From positions 1 to 31,951 of IMG/VR virus record IMGVR_UViG_3300025387_000050: DNA of 31,951 bases. One strand, written 5' to 3'. The notes under the pieces were generated by a model. It was not told where the DNA came from, did not search any database, and was given only the letters and a program-made list of their open reading frames with translations. Both the position numbers and the translations under genes were made by a program. Position 1 is the first letter of the stretch, and the number at the start of each line of letters is the position of its first letter. Source of the DNA: a virus. Lineage: Duplodnaviria > Caudoviricetes. This document shows, piece by piece, positions 1-6,632 of the stretch.

Positions 1-126
1 GATTTGTTCATTAGTAGGTTTTGCATACATTGCAAATTTTGTTGTATGTCCACCTCCATACAAACACCAATAACCAACTGGTTTAGGTGGTTTATAAATA
101 GTAAATCCTGTTTTTTGTTCAGTCAT
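1..126 (-). CDS. Hypothetical protein, 3' end runs off the window (MTEQKTGFTIYKPPKPVGYWCLYGGG...)
   Basis: Read manually. ATG at 126-124 overlaps the TGA of 123..371 (ATGA coupling); frame open to the window edge. Confidence 0.6.
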   Translation of the reverse strand, partial: MTEQKTGFTIYKPPKPVGYWCLYGGGHTTKFAMYAKPTNEQI

Positions 127-371
127 TCTTGTCCCCTTGCTCGGATTGCACCAGCACATTCGCTTGCTCCCTCACCCATGAATTCATATCTACCTTGTAT
201 GTCTATCCATGATAAGTAAAAACCATCACAAATTTCAGCACATTCCTCACGTTCTTTTTCTGCTACCAATTTGGCAAAGTCTATAAACATTTTTAATGCA
301 GGTGAATCATCCTCTGGTCTTTCACATCCACCTATTTGCATAACCATCTCTATGATTTCTTCTTTAGTCAT
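123..371 (-). CDS. Small phage hypothetical protein (82 aa, EREECAEIC motif)
   Basis: ORF track; tightly coupled to neighbours in the leftward operon. Confidence 0.7.
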   Translation of the reverse strand: MTKEEIIEMVMQIGGCERPEDDSPALKMFIDFAKLVAEKEREECAEICDGFYLSWIDIQGRYEFMGEGASECAGAIRARGQE

Positions 372-465
372 TTTCCATCATCCTATACAAAAACCATGCC
401 AATAGCCCAATCGGGATTAGCGATAAAGCGGCACACAAAAGGGCTATAAAAACAATTGTTGTCAT
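364..465 (-). CDS. 33-aa single-TM peptide MTTIVFIALLCAALSLIPIGLLAWFLYRMMEND
   Basis: Read manually. Fills the gap between ORFs, ATGA overlap with the stop of 462..647, hydrophobic. Confidence 0.55.
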   Translation of the reverse strand: MTTIVFIALLCAALSLIPIGLLAWFLYRMMEND

Positions 466-647
466 TTAATTGATCGCCATTGGGTTCTTGGTTCGTTGGC
501 GTGCTTAATATAAAAGTGGATCAAAAAATTGATTACTTGCTTGTAATTCATCCTTATTCCCGTGTCTTCCTTGATTCTTTCAATAACGTGTTCAATGTTC
601 GGTGAAACGGGAATTGTGATGCGTTTTAGATTAGTTCCGGTTGCCAA
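462..647 (-). CDS. Small hypothetical protein, possibly ribbon-helix-helix DNA-binding
   Basis: KRITIPVS beta-strand pattern followed by two predicted helices; function inferred. Confidence 0.55.
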   Translation of the reverse strand: MATGTNLKRITIPVSPNIEHVIERIKEDTGIRMNYKQVINFLIHFYIKHANEPRTQWRSIK

Positions 648-946
648 GGTTCACCATCCATCTTTTTAATGTTAAACAAATCTTTGTGTTGGGGATACTT
701 TTCACGCCATAAACGGGCATAAAACGCGATGAAATCATTGCTTATCTTAAAATCATCGCCCGTTGTAATAACGTAAACTTCCCATCTAATGCGGTTGATA
801 ATCAACCAATGGCTAATCTTTTTGCGCCGCATTCTTATAGCTTCCATTGCGAACTTTTCAAAATATTGCCAAATCATTGGGTTGTTTTTGTGCCATTCAT
901 CAAATAAAACCTTACGGATTACATAGGGTTTAGCCATTGTGTTCAC
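626..946 (-). CDS. Phage hypothetical protein (106 aa)
   Basis: ORF track; operon packing. Confidence 0.7.
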   Translation of the reverse strand: MNTMAKPYVIRKVLFDEWHKNNPMIWQYFEKFAMEAIRMRRKKISHWLIINRIRWEVYVITTGDDFKISNDFIAFYARLWREKYPQHKDLFNIKKMDGEPWQPELI

Positions 947-948
947 CT

Positions 949-1224
949 TCAGAATGGTATGTCATCGTCTTCAAAACTAGCTTTGGCCGCTTGGCGTGGC
1001 GCATAGTTAGCTTTGGGCGCGTAATCATCTTTGGGCTTGGGATCGTTCATGTATGCCCATCCATCCCATCCACCTTCCTTTAATGGAATTGTGTCAATCT
1101 TTAACATCGGCCCGTTTTGGGTTTCAATGATTGATCCAATCCGTGTGTATCGATTCTTCTTCATGCCATCGGCATTGGTGTAGGAACCGGTGATAACGCT
1201 TACTTCTTTGATTAACTTAGCCAT
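949..1224 (-). CDS. ssb: Short single-stranded DNA-binding protein
   Basis: Acidic C-terminal EDDDIPF tail typical of SSBs; next to exonuclease and recombinase genes. Confidence 0.75.
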   Translation of the reverse strand: MAKLIKEVSVITGSYTNADGMKKNRYTRIGSIIETQNGPMLKIDTIPLKEGGWDGWAYMNDPKPKDDYAPKANYAPRQAAKASFEDDDIPF

Positions 1225-1831
1225 TGAATTTCCTTAATAGTTCAACTTTCTTACTAACATCATCTAAAAATTGTGTAATTTCTAGTTCTAACATCTTCAC
1301 ATAGGTTGGATCGTATGTAATTCGTTCTACAAAGATTTGAAGATTTTCGGGAAACCTTGGATCAAAACTAACGAAATCACACCATTCACGCTTTGTGCAA
1401 GCCATTTGCCACATCATTTGGGGGATATATTTGGCCGGAACTTTGCCGCTTAACAATGTTTCCATGTGTGTGGCGCTATTTGGGCACTTGATTTCCACCA
1501 ATCCCTTATCGCCAACCAATCCATCGGGGCTTGCGCCGCTATTTTCAATCGTTGGGTGATCTATGAATCCGGTTTCATCAACAAACACACCACGCTTCAA
1601 TTCATAGGCTTGGCGGGCCATTGGTTCCGTTTCCGTTCCCCATTGCATTGCGGCGTTGGTGTAGCTTTCGCCTTGTTTGCCGGTTAGGCGTTCCAACACC
1701 AATTGGGTTAGGTAGTTTTCACGGCTAGCACTTGGGCCGGTTTTGGTTTTGGCAATCACATCCGCCACGCGGCTTGCGGTTACTTTACCCAATCTAGCGT
1801 TAAACCATTCATCTGTTCTTTGTTCCATCAT
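1217..1831 (-). CDS. YqaJ / lambda-exonuclease family protein
   Basis: QRTDEWF..RLGKVTAS, AMQWG..EP.AR, GASPDGLV and EIKCP motifs. Confidence 0.92.
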   Translation of the reverse strand: MMEQRTDEWFNARLGKVTASRVADVIAKTKTGPSASRENYLTQLVLERLTGKQGESYTNAAMQWGTETEPMARQAYELKRGVFVDETGFIDHPTIENSGASPDGLVGDKGLVEIKCPNSATHMETLLSGKVPAKYIPQMMWQMACTKREWCDFVSFDPRFPENLQIFVERITYDPTYVKMLELEITQFLDDVSKKVELLRKFNG

Positions 1832-1965
1832 TCTTGTTCCTCACAATCTTCGCAACCAGGGTGTTCGGGATCACGGCAATGCGGCGCACGTCTTAACAGT
1901 CTTTTGTAATCCCTTTGGCATAATTCTTCCAAATATTCAAAATAATAATCATCAGGTATTTGCAT
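1828..1965 (-). CDS. 45-aa Cys/His peptide MQIPDDYYFEYLEELCQRDYKRLLRRAPHCRDPEHPGCEDCEEQE
   Basis: Read manually. Fills the ERF-exonuclease gap, ATGA overlap at 1828-1831, HCxxxxHxxCxxC possible metal site. Confidence 0.65.
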   Translation of the reverse strand: MQIPDDYYFEYLEELCQRDYKRLLRRAPHCRDPEHPGCEDCEEQE

Positions 1966-2521
1966 TTAAAGCACCTTTCATTTCATTCTTAGCGGCAACC
2001 ACTTTGTCTTGATGAATCTTTTCCCCGTGGCACGCTTGATAAGCAATGCGATAGCTTGCAACCAATTGTTCTTCCGTTTCCGATTGGCGCATCTTTTCAA
2101 TTAACTTATCCAATTCTTTGGCATCAACATGGGAAACGGTTACTTTGGGCTTGGATGCGGCGTTGCCATCATCATCTTCGGGGGCAATACCACAAGCGGC
2201 CATCAATGAATAACGGCGGGCATAGGTTAAAGCCGAACCAAACCCTTGAGCATCATGCTTTGTTGCGGGGATGTGTAACTTGCCGCAATTCAATGTTTCA
2301 CCACTTTCATGCAAAAACATTGTTTCAACAATCACACCGTTATCGCTTTCGGATAAGTTTTGAATCAATGCTATTCCGTTGGCGTTTAAACCTTCTATAA
2401 CCGCTTCAACGCACGCGGATAGATCGGCATAGCGTGATTTGAAATGGGGGTTTGTAGATGTTTTTAATGCGGGGCCAAATGCCTTTTGTGCCTTAACCAA
2501 TGCTTGTGCTATTTCTTTCAT
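1952..2521 (-). CDS. erf: ERF-family single-strand annealing protein
   Basis: NPHFKSRYADL and GSALTYARRYSL...EDDDGN signature motifs. Confidence 0.92.
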   Translation of the reverse strand: MKEIAQALVKAQKAFGPALKTSTNPHFKSRYADLSACVEAVIEGLNANGIALIQNLSESDNGVIVETMFLHESGETLNCGKLHIPATKHDAQGFGSALTYARRYSLMAACGIAPEDDDGNAASKPKVTVSHVDAKELDKLIEKMRQSETEEQLVASYRIAYQACHGEKIHQDKVVAAKNEMKGALNANT

Positions 2522-2712
2522 GCTAAATCCTTTGTTAGTTCTTTCATTTGTTCAATGGTTGATTCAAGTTCTTGTTGCAAATATTCAACTTCTTGGCATA
2601 GCGATTGAACTTGTAACTTGTAATATCCGCTTTCAAATGCGTATTTGCTTTGGAATTGATAGTTTTGAATTGCTTCTTCGCAATGCTTAACAATGTGTTC
2701 GTATCTAGTCAT
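2518..2712 (-). CDS. Hypothetical coiled-coil protein (MTRYEHIV...)
   Basis: ORF track 2518..2739; start moved to ATG 2712, just after the upstream stop and downstream of GGAG. Confidence 0.65.
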   Translation of the reverse strand: MTRYEHIVKHCEEAIQNYQFQSKYAFESGYYKLQVQSLCQEVEYLQQELESTIEQMKELTKDLA

Positions 2713-2713
2713 T

Positions 2714-2875
2714 TCATGGTCTCCAAAACAAAAGGTCAAACATGATTACCAATGCGGCCAAGGCATAAACAATGGTTAATGCTTTTTCGGCACGGGTAAA
2801 ACGTGGCTTTTCGATGGATGCGCCATATTCCATTGTTTTGGGAAAGGCTTCGTTAATTGTTCTGTGATATTTCAT
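2714..2875 (-). CDS. 53-aa protein with C-terminal TM (MKYHRTINEAFPKTMEYGASIEKP...FDLLFWRP)
   Basis: Read manually. GGAG RBS, ATGA overlap with the upstream ORF. Confidence 0.65.
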   Translation of the reverse strand: MKYHRTINEAFPKTMEYGASIEKPRFTRAEKALTIVYALAALVIMFDLLFWRP

Positions 2876-2982
2876 GGCTTTAAATCTCCGGTTGTGATTA
2901 ACGCTAGATTAATTAAATATGTTGGGTGTGGAATGCCAACCTTAACTTGATCCAAGATAAAGTTGGCTTGTTGTTTAGTCAT
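2872..2982 (-). CDS. 36-aa hypothetical (MTKQQANFILDQVKVGIPHPTYLINLALITTGDLKP)
   Basis: Read manually. TAATG overlap upstream, ATGA overlap downstream. Confidence 0.6.
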   Translation of the reverse strand: MTKQQANFILDQVKVGIPHPTYLINLALITTGDLKP

Positions 2983-3206
2983 TAGTAATCTTGGCCATTA
3001 ACGGCACGCGCCGCACCTAAAAATTCGGCGTTGATTGGTGCATTGTGTTGCCAAGTAATTGGCGTTGTATTTTCTTTGGATGTAAACATAATAAAAGGGC
3101 GATTGCCTTTTAATAGTTCACGGGCAAAATCTAATGCTTGTTGAACCGTTGCAAACTCAAAGTGTTGCAATGTGTCTTGTGTTTCTAAAATGTATGATTT
3201 TTTCAT
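2982..3206 (-). CDS. First gene of the leftward early operon, hypothetical (74 aa)
   Basis: ORF track; TAGGAAG RBS-like sequence upstream. Confidence 0.7.
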   Translation of the reverse strand: MKKSYILETQDTLQHFEFATVQQALDFARELLKGNRPFIMFTSKENTTPITWQHNAPINAEFLGAARAVNGQDY

Positions 3207-3254
3207 TTGCTTGCTTCCTAAAAGACCACTACGATGTGTTGTGGATTGATGCTT

Positions 3255-3282
3255 ATTTTAAGCTAGATTAACTACCAGTCAA
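3255..3282 (-). promoter_or_regulatory. Leftward sigma70-like promoter
   Basis: TTGACT (3282-3277), 16-nt spacer, TAAAAT (3260-3255). Confidence 0.6.
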
Positions 3283-3372
3283 TGCTTTTTGTTAAGTAGT
3301 TTCCCTAATGTTGTATTTAGTCAACTTAATTGTTGTAAATCTGCATTACCAGTATAATTTAAGCATGATTAC
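3258..3372. promoter_or_regulatory. Three operator-like imperfect palindromes, consensus TTAAG-N4-(C/A)TTAA
   Basis: TTAAGctagATTAA 3258-3271, TTTAGtcaaCTTAA 3316-3329, TTAAGcatgATTAC 3359-3372. Confidence 0.5.
3330..3358 (+). promoter_or_regulatory. Rightward sigma70-like promoter for the Cro-like gene
   Basis: TTGTTG (3330-3335), 17-nt spacer, perfect TATAAT (3353-3358). Confidence 0.55.
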
Positions 3373-3529
3373 CAAAAAAGAAGCTATACAGTTTGCAGGG
3401 TCAGTTACAGAACTAGCCAAAATATTGGGTATTTCTAAAGCTGCTATTTCTCAATGGGGTGAAATTCCACCACAAGCAAGAATATGGCAAATGCAATCTT
3501 TACATCCTGAATGGTTTCTTTACAGATAA
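3365..3529 (+). CDS. cro: Cro-like HTH regulator (54 aa)
   Basis: MITKKEAIQFAGSVTELAKILGISKAAISQWGE HTH pattern; first rightward gene; start set at ATG 3365. Confidence 0.85.
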   Translation: MITKKEAIQFAGSVTELAKILGISKAAISQWGEIPPQARIWQMQSLHPEWFLYR

Positions 3530-3548
3530 TTTGTTTATAATATTTTGA

Positions 3549-3654
3549 AACGCTTGGCGGCGTTACTCGTAGTAGGGTTACACATGCTGTCTGCTGGTAC
3601 TACGCCAGTCCGCCAACGCCGAAAGGTGAGACAGCAGGTGTAGCCCTTTTTTTT
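3549..3654 (+). ncRNA. C4-antisense-like structured RNA with upstream complementary targets, ending in a U-tract
   Basis: Outer stem 3574-3592 pairs with 3629-3647; inner hairpins GCTGGT-ACTAC-GCCAGT and CGCC-GAAA-GGTG; CCGCCAA (3610-3616) complements TTGGCGG (3554-3560); TACTACG (3598-3604) complements CGTAGTA (3568-3574); T8 at 3647-3654. Confidence 0.7.
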
Positions 3655-3663
3655 GGGTTTTAT

Positions 3664-4392
3664 ATGCATTATTATCAGCATCATATTGGTGATTTTATAA
3701 AAGACACCGCATTTCTTACCAATGAAGAAGTAGGCATTTATTTAAAACTTCTTTGGCTTTATTACGATACTGAAAATCCTTTACCAAACGATATTTTTAC
3801 TCTTAGCATGAAAATAAATGCTAGGGACAATGAAGATATTGTTATTGGAATACTTAATATGTTTTTCAAATTGAAAGGCGAATATTGGTATCAAAGTCGT
3901 TGTGAATTAGAAATATCAGAATATCGAGATTTAATTAACGATAAATCTAAAGCAGGAAAAGCATCAGCTATTAAACGTGCGTTAAACAAACGATCAACAG
4001 ATGTTGAACAGGTGTTAAACATCTGTACAACAGATGAGCAACTAACCATAAACCAAGAACCAATAACCAATAACCATATATATATGGATTTTGAGAAAGT
4101 TCTAAAAGCCAAAAACAAACCCTTAACTCAAACTTTGCTTAACTCTATTCAAAAGGAAGCGGATAAAGCCAAAATTACTTTGGATGATGCGATTAAAGAA
4201 TGTTGCGTTAGGGGTTGGACAACTTTTAAGGCGGAATGGATATCCAATAAAGCCGATATTGTTCACCAAACCGTTCCATCATCTAAAGAACGCGATCCCG
4301 TGCTTGTTAAGTTGGAAGAAGATGCCAAAAAGGCCGTGGCCATGCCGGAAGATGTTAAGGTTAAGTTTCAAATGATTAAGGGGAGAAAATGA
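3664..4392 (+). CDS. Replication initiator, DUF1376/YdaU family
   Basis: MHYYQHHIGDF..DT..L...E.G.Y..LL..YY N-terminus; position after cro; internal iterons. Confidence 0.85.
   Translation: MHYYQHHIGDFIKDTAFLTNEEVGIYLKLLWLYYDTENPLPNDIFTLSMKINARDNEDIVIGILNMFFKLKGEYWYQSRCELEISEYRDLINDKSKAGKASAIKRALNKRSTDVEQVLNICTTDEQLTINQEPITNNHIYMDFEKVLKAKNKPLTQTLLNSIQKEADKAKITLDDAIKECCVRGWTTFKAEWISNKADIVHQTVPSSKERDPVLVKLEEDAKKAVAMPEDVKVKFQMIKGRK
3972..4078. repeat. Probable replication origin: 11-bp iterons followed by five 7-bp repeats
   Basis: AAC recurs at 3974, 3985, 3996, 4007, 4018, 4029 and 4040; AACCA(TA/AG/AT) occurs five times in tandem at 4044-4078. Confidence 0.75.
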
Positions 4393-5348
4393 ATGAGTTG
4401 GCTTTATTCGCAGGCGCTGGTGGAGGGATTCTTGGCGGGAAATTACTTGGATGGCGAACCGTGTGCGCCGTTGAATGGGAACCATACCCAGCAAGCGTAT
4501 TGTGCGCCCGACAAAATGACGGACTTCTCCCGCCTTTCCCGATTTGGGATGACGTTCAAACCTTTGACGGAAACCCGTGGAAAGGAATTGTTGATGTCAT
4601 ATCTGGGGGCTTTCCATGCCAGGACATTAGCGCAGCAGGAAAAGGCGCAGGAATTGACGGAGAGCGATCAGGAATGTGGGGAAAAATGGCAAGGATCATT
4701 CGTGAAGTACGACCCAAATACGTCTTTGTGGAAAACTCACCAATGCTCACTTCTAGGGGACTTGGACGAGTTCTTGGAGACTTGGCCAAAATGGGGTTTG
4801 ATGCGCGATGGGGAGTGCTGGGAGCAGCAGACGTTGGAGCAAACCATCAGAGGGACAGGATATGGATTGTTGCCAAATGGGATGGACAGTTTTCATACAT
4901 TCAACACAACAGGATTAGACGGTGGGAGCAACAGTCGAAAAGCCTTAAAAAAACGTATGGAAAATTGGCCAATGCCCGATGCGAATTGTGGAATGAGGGG
5001 GACACAAGAAAATTGGACACCAAAGAGGAAATCGGGGCATCAAGCACAATATTCGATAAATCAAGCAGTGAGAGATGCGGAAAAGATCAAATGGCCAACA
5101 CCAGTGAAATCAGATCATGCAGCGAGAAGACCAAGCAAGGGATGGCAAGGAAATTCAGATTTGCCGAGTGTGGTATGGACAGAAACTGGTGGCAGAGAGA
5201 ACCCGAGTTTGTCCCCCGCACAACTCAACGCGACATGGGTGGAATGGTTGATGGGTTGGCCGCTAGGGTGGACAGACTTAAAGCAATTGGAAACGGACAA
5301 GTTCCTCTTTGTGCAGCAACCGCATGGGAAATCCTAAGTGAAAATTGA
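4389..5348 (+). CDS. C5-cytosine DNA methyltransferase, catalytic (alpha) chain lacking motif IX
   Basis: Motif I LFAGAGG, IV GFPCQD, VI VENS, VIII QRDRIW, X LKAIGNGQVP. Confidence 0.92.
   Translation: MNELALFAGAGGGILGGKLLGWRTVCAVEWEPYPASVLCARQNDGLLPPFPIWDDVQTFDGNPWKGIVDVISGGFPCQDISAAGKGAGIDGERSGMWGKMARIIREVRPKYVFVENSPMLTSRGLGRVLGDLAKMGFDARWGVLGAADVGANHQRDRIWIVAKWDGQFSYIQHNRIRRWEQQSKSLKKTYGKLANARCELWNEGDTRKLDTKEEIGASSTIFDKSSSERCGKDQMANTSEIRSCSEKTKQGMARKFRFAECGMDRNWWQREPEFVPRTTQRDMGGMVDGLAARVDRLKAIGNGQVPLCAATAWEILSEN
4393..5337 (+). CDS. Overlapping +1-frame ORF, probable methyltransferase beta chain carrying motif IX
   Basis: 314 codons open; ends with LNATWVEWLMGWPLGWTD (motif IX-like); GGGAG lies 7 nt before its ATG. 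Confidence 0.75.
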   Translation: MSWLYSQALVEGFLAGNYLDGEPCAPLNGNHTQQAYCAPDKMTDFSRLSRFGMTFKPLTETRGKELLMSYLGAFHARTLAQQEKAQELTESDQECGEKWQGSFVKYDPNTSLWKTHQCSLLGDLDEFLETWPKWGLMRDGECWEQQTLEQTIRGTGYGLLPNGMDSFHTFNTTGLDGGSNSRKALKKRMENWPMPDANCGMRGTQENWTPKRKSGHQAQYSINQAVRDAEKIKWPTPVKSDHAARRPSKGWQGNSDLPSVVWTETGGRENPSLSPAQLNATWVEWLMGWPLGWTDLKQLETDKFLFVQQPHGKS

Positions 5349-5493
5349 TTTAATTGTTGAACACTATGCCAAACTAGCTTTAAAACCGGCTTGGATTGAT
5401 TATGTTCGCCATCAAGTTAAATTAATGGAACAAGAACCACAATTCAAAGGCATCGGAAAGTTAATAGCCCAACGCATTAAGGAATTAAAGTGA
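5338..5493 (+). CDS. 51-aa hypothetical (MKIDLIVEHYAKLALKPAWIDYVRHQV...)
   Basis: Read manually. GTG directly follows the TAA of 4393..5337; its stop overlaps the start of the resolvase gene (GTGA). Confidence 0.6.
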   Translation: MKIDLIVEHYAKLALKPAWIDYVRHQVKLMEQEPQFKGIGKLIAQRIKELK

Positions 5494-5951
5494 AATACTA
5501 CATAGGCTTTGATCCTGGCTTTTCCGGCGCATGGGGCGCTATCGATCAAAACGGTGAATACATTGCTTGCGGCGATATGATCCACACCGATCAATATATT
5601 GAAACCGAAAAGATATGGGATGAAATCACCGATATGCTTAACGGCAATGATTGTGAAATAACCCTTGAATGGGTTGCATCCATGCCAAACCAAGGGGTTT
5701 CATCAACCTTTAAGTTCGGAAGTGCCTTTGGGGCCGCTTTAGCGCTTGCACAACGCTTTAAAACACCTTGGCACCTAGTAACCCCTAGGGTTTGGAAAAA
5801 AGCGCTTAAATTGGATTCTGACAAGAAACAAAGCCTTGAATTGGCCCGCCGGTTATTTCCACGGGCACCGCTTAAACGAATCAAAGATAACGGCCGTGCG
5901 GAAGCATTGTTGATTGCTTATTATCAATTTACACAAACAAGGGGGTATTAA
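5490..5951 (+). CDS. RuvC-like Holliday junction resolvase
   Basis: IGFDPG, LEWV..MP.QGVSSTFKFG, VTPRVWKK and D.GRAEALLIA motifs. Confidence 0.85.
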   Translation: MKYYIGFDPGFSGAWGAIDQNGEYIACGDMIHTDQYIETEKIWDEITDMLNGNDCEITLEWVASMPNQGVSSTFKFGSAFGAALALAQRFKTPWHLVTPRVWKKALKLDSDKKQSLELARRLFPRAPLKRIKDNGRAEALLIAYYQFTQTRGY

Positions 5952-6128
5952 ATGGATGAATTAAAAGTTATTGTTGAAAAGCAAAAAGAACTAGCCAAAG
6001 AAGCCAAGTTTCTATCCGATGAAATCCGCAATGCCGTGCTGGAAGAAGTGGCCCAAGAATTTGACAAGATGCGTTTTGGCAACACATCGGCTTCATTTGC
6101 CGCTTATGTTCGGGGGATGAAGAAATGA
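5952..6128 (+). CDS. 58-aa hypothetical (MDELKVIVEK...RNAVLEEVAQEFDKMRFGNTSASFAAYVRGMKK)
   Basis: Read manually. GGGGG RBS, fills the gap, ATGA overlap downstream. Confidence 0.7.
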   Translation: MDELKVIVEKQKELAKEAKFLSDEIRNAVLEEVAQEFDKMRFGNTSASFAAYVRGMKK

Positions 6129-6411
6129 CACCCGAAAGTTATGCCCAATTTATCCGTGAAAACGCTAGTGTTTATGCCGATGCCAAATCACGCCGGATCG
6201 GTGCCGAACTAAAATTAAAATCCGCCAAATTGCCGCACAAGAACGTGAAGCATTGGCCGATGGTGAATATTCCGCACTTTACGATGAACTTTGTAAAGCC
6301 ATCAAAGTGGAAGAAGAATTGAAATATAAATTGGAAGCGGCACGCCTTTTCATTGACATTTGGCGCACCCGTGAAGCATCCGAACGTTTAGCAATCAGGT
6401 CACATGAATGA
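6125..6411 (+). pseudogene. Frameshifted helical phage protein
   Basis: Frame 1 reads MTPESY...LKSAK; the -1 frame continues QIAAQEREALADGEY...IDIWRTREASER...HE to TGA 6409-6411, which overlaps the next ATG. Span is 287 nt, not a multiple of 3. Confidence 0.65.
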
Positions 6412-6632
6412 AATGCCCCATTTGTAATCAAAAAACAACAACGATTGAATCAAGATTAAATGACAACAACACTAGAAGAAGAAGATACGAATGCGCCAAA
6501 GGGCATCGTTTCAAAACAATGGAAGTCATATCCCAAGACGAAATACACGCGGAACGCGAATCTTCTAAGGTTAATTGCATCAATCCCGTGCCAACTATGT
6601 GGTTTCCATCTATCCCAAGCGGCCCATTCTAA
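6408..6632 (+). CDS. Zn-ribbon protein (resembles NrdR N-terminus)
   Basis: MKCPIC...ESR....RRRRYEC..GHRFKTME pattern. Confidence 0.75.
   Translation: MKCPICNQKTTTIESRLNDNNTRRRRYECAKGHRFKTMEVISQDEIHAERESSKVNCINPVPTMWFPSIPSGPF

Noticed and set aside
3308-3364. Upstream ATG extension of the Cro-like ORF
   Set aside because: Overlaps the predicted promoter and operators; the HTH-like sequence begins at ATG 3365.
3574-3647. Branched structure considered as a tRNA
   Set aside because: No T-loop or D-loop consensus, no CCA end, wrong arm geometry.
3972-4078. Periodic repeats considered as a CRISPR or mini-array
   Set aside because: Units are 11 and 7 bp with no spacers and lie inside the initiator gene; better explained as origin iterons.
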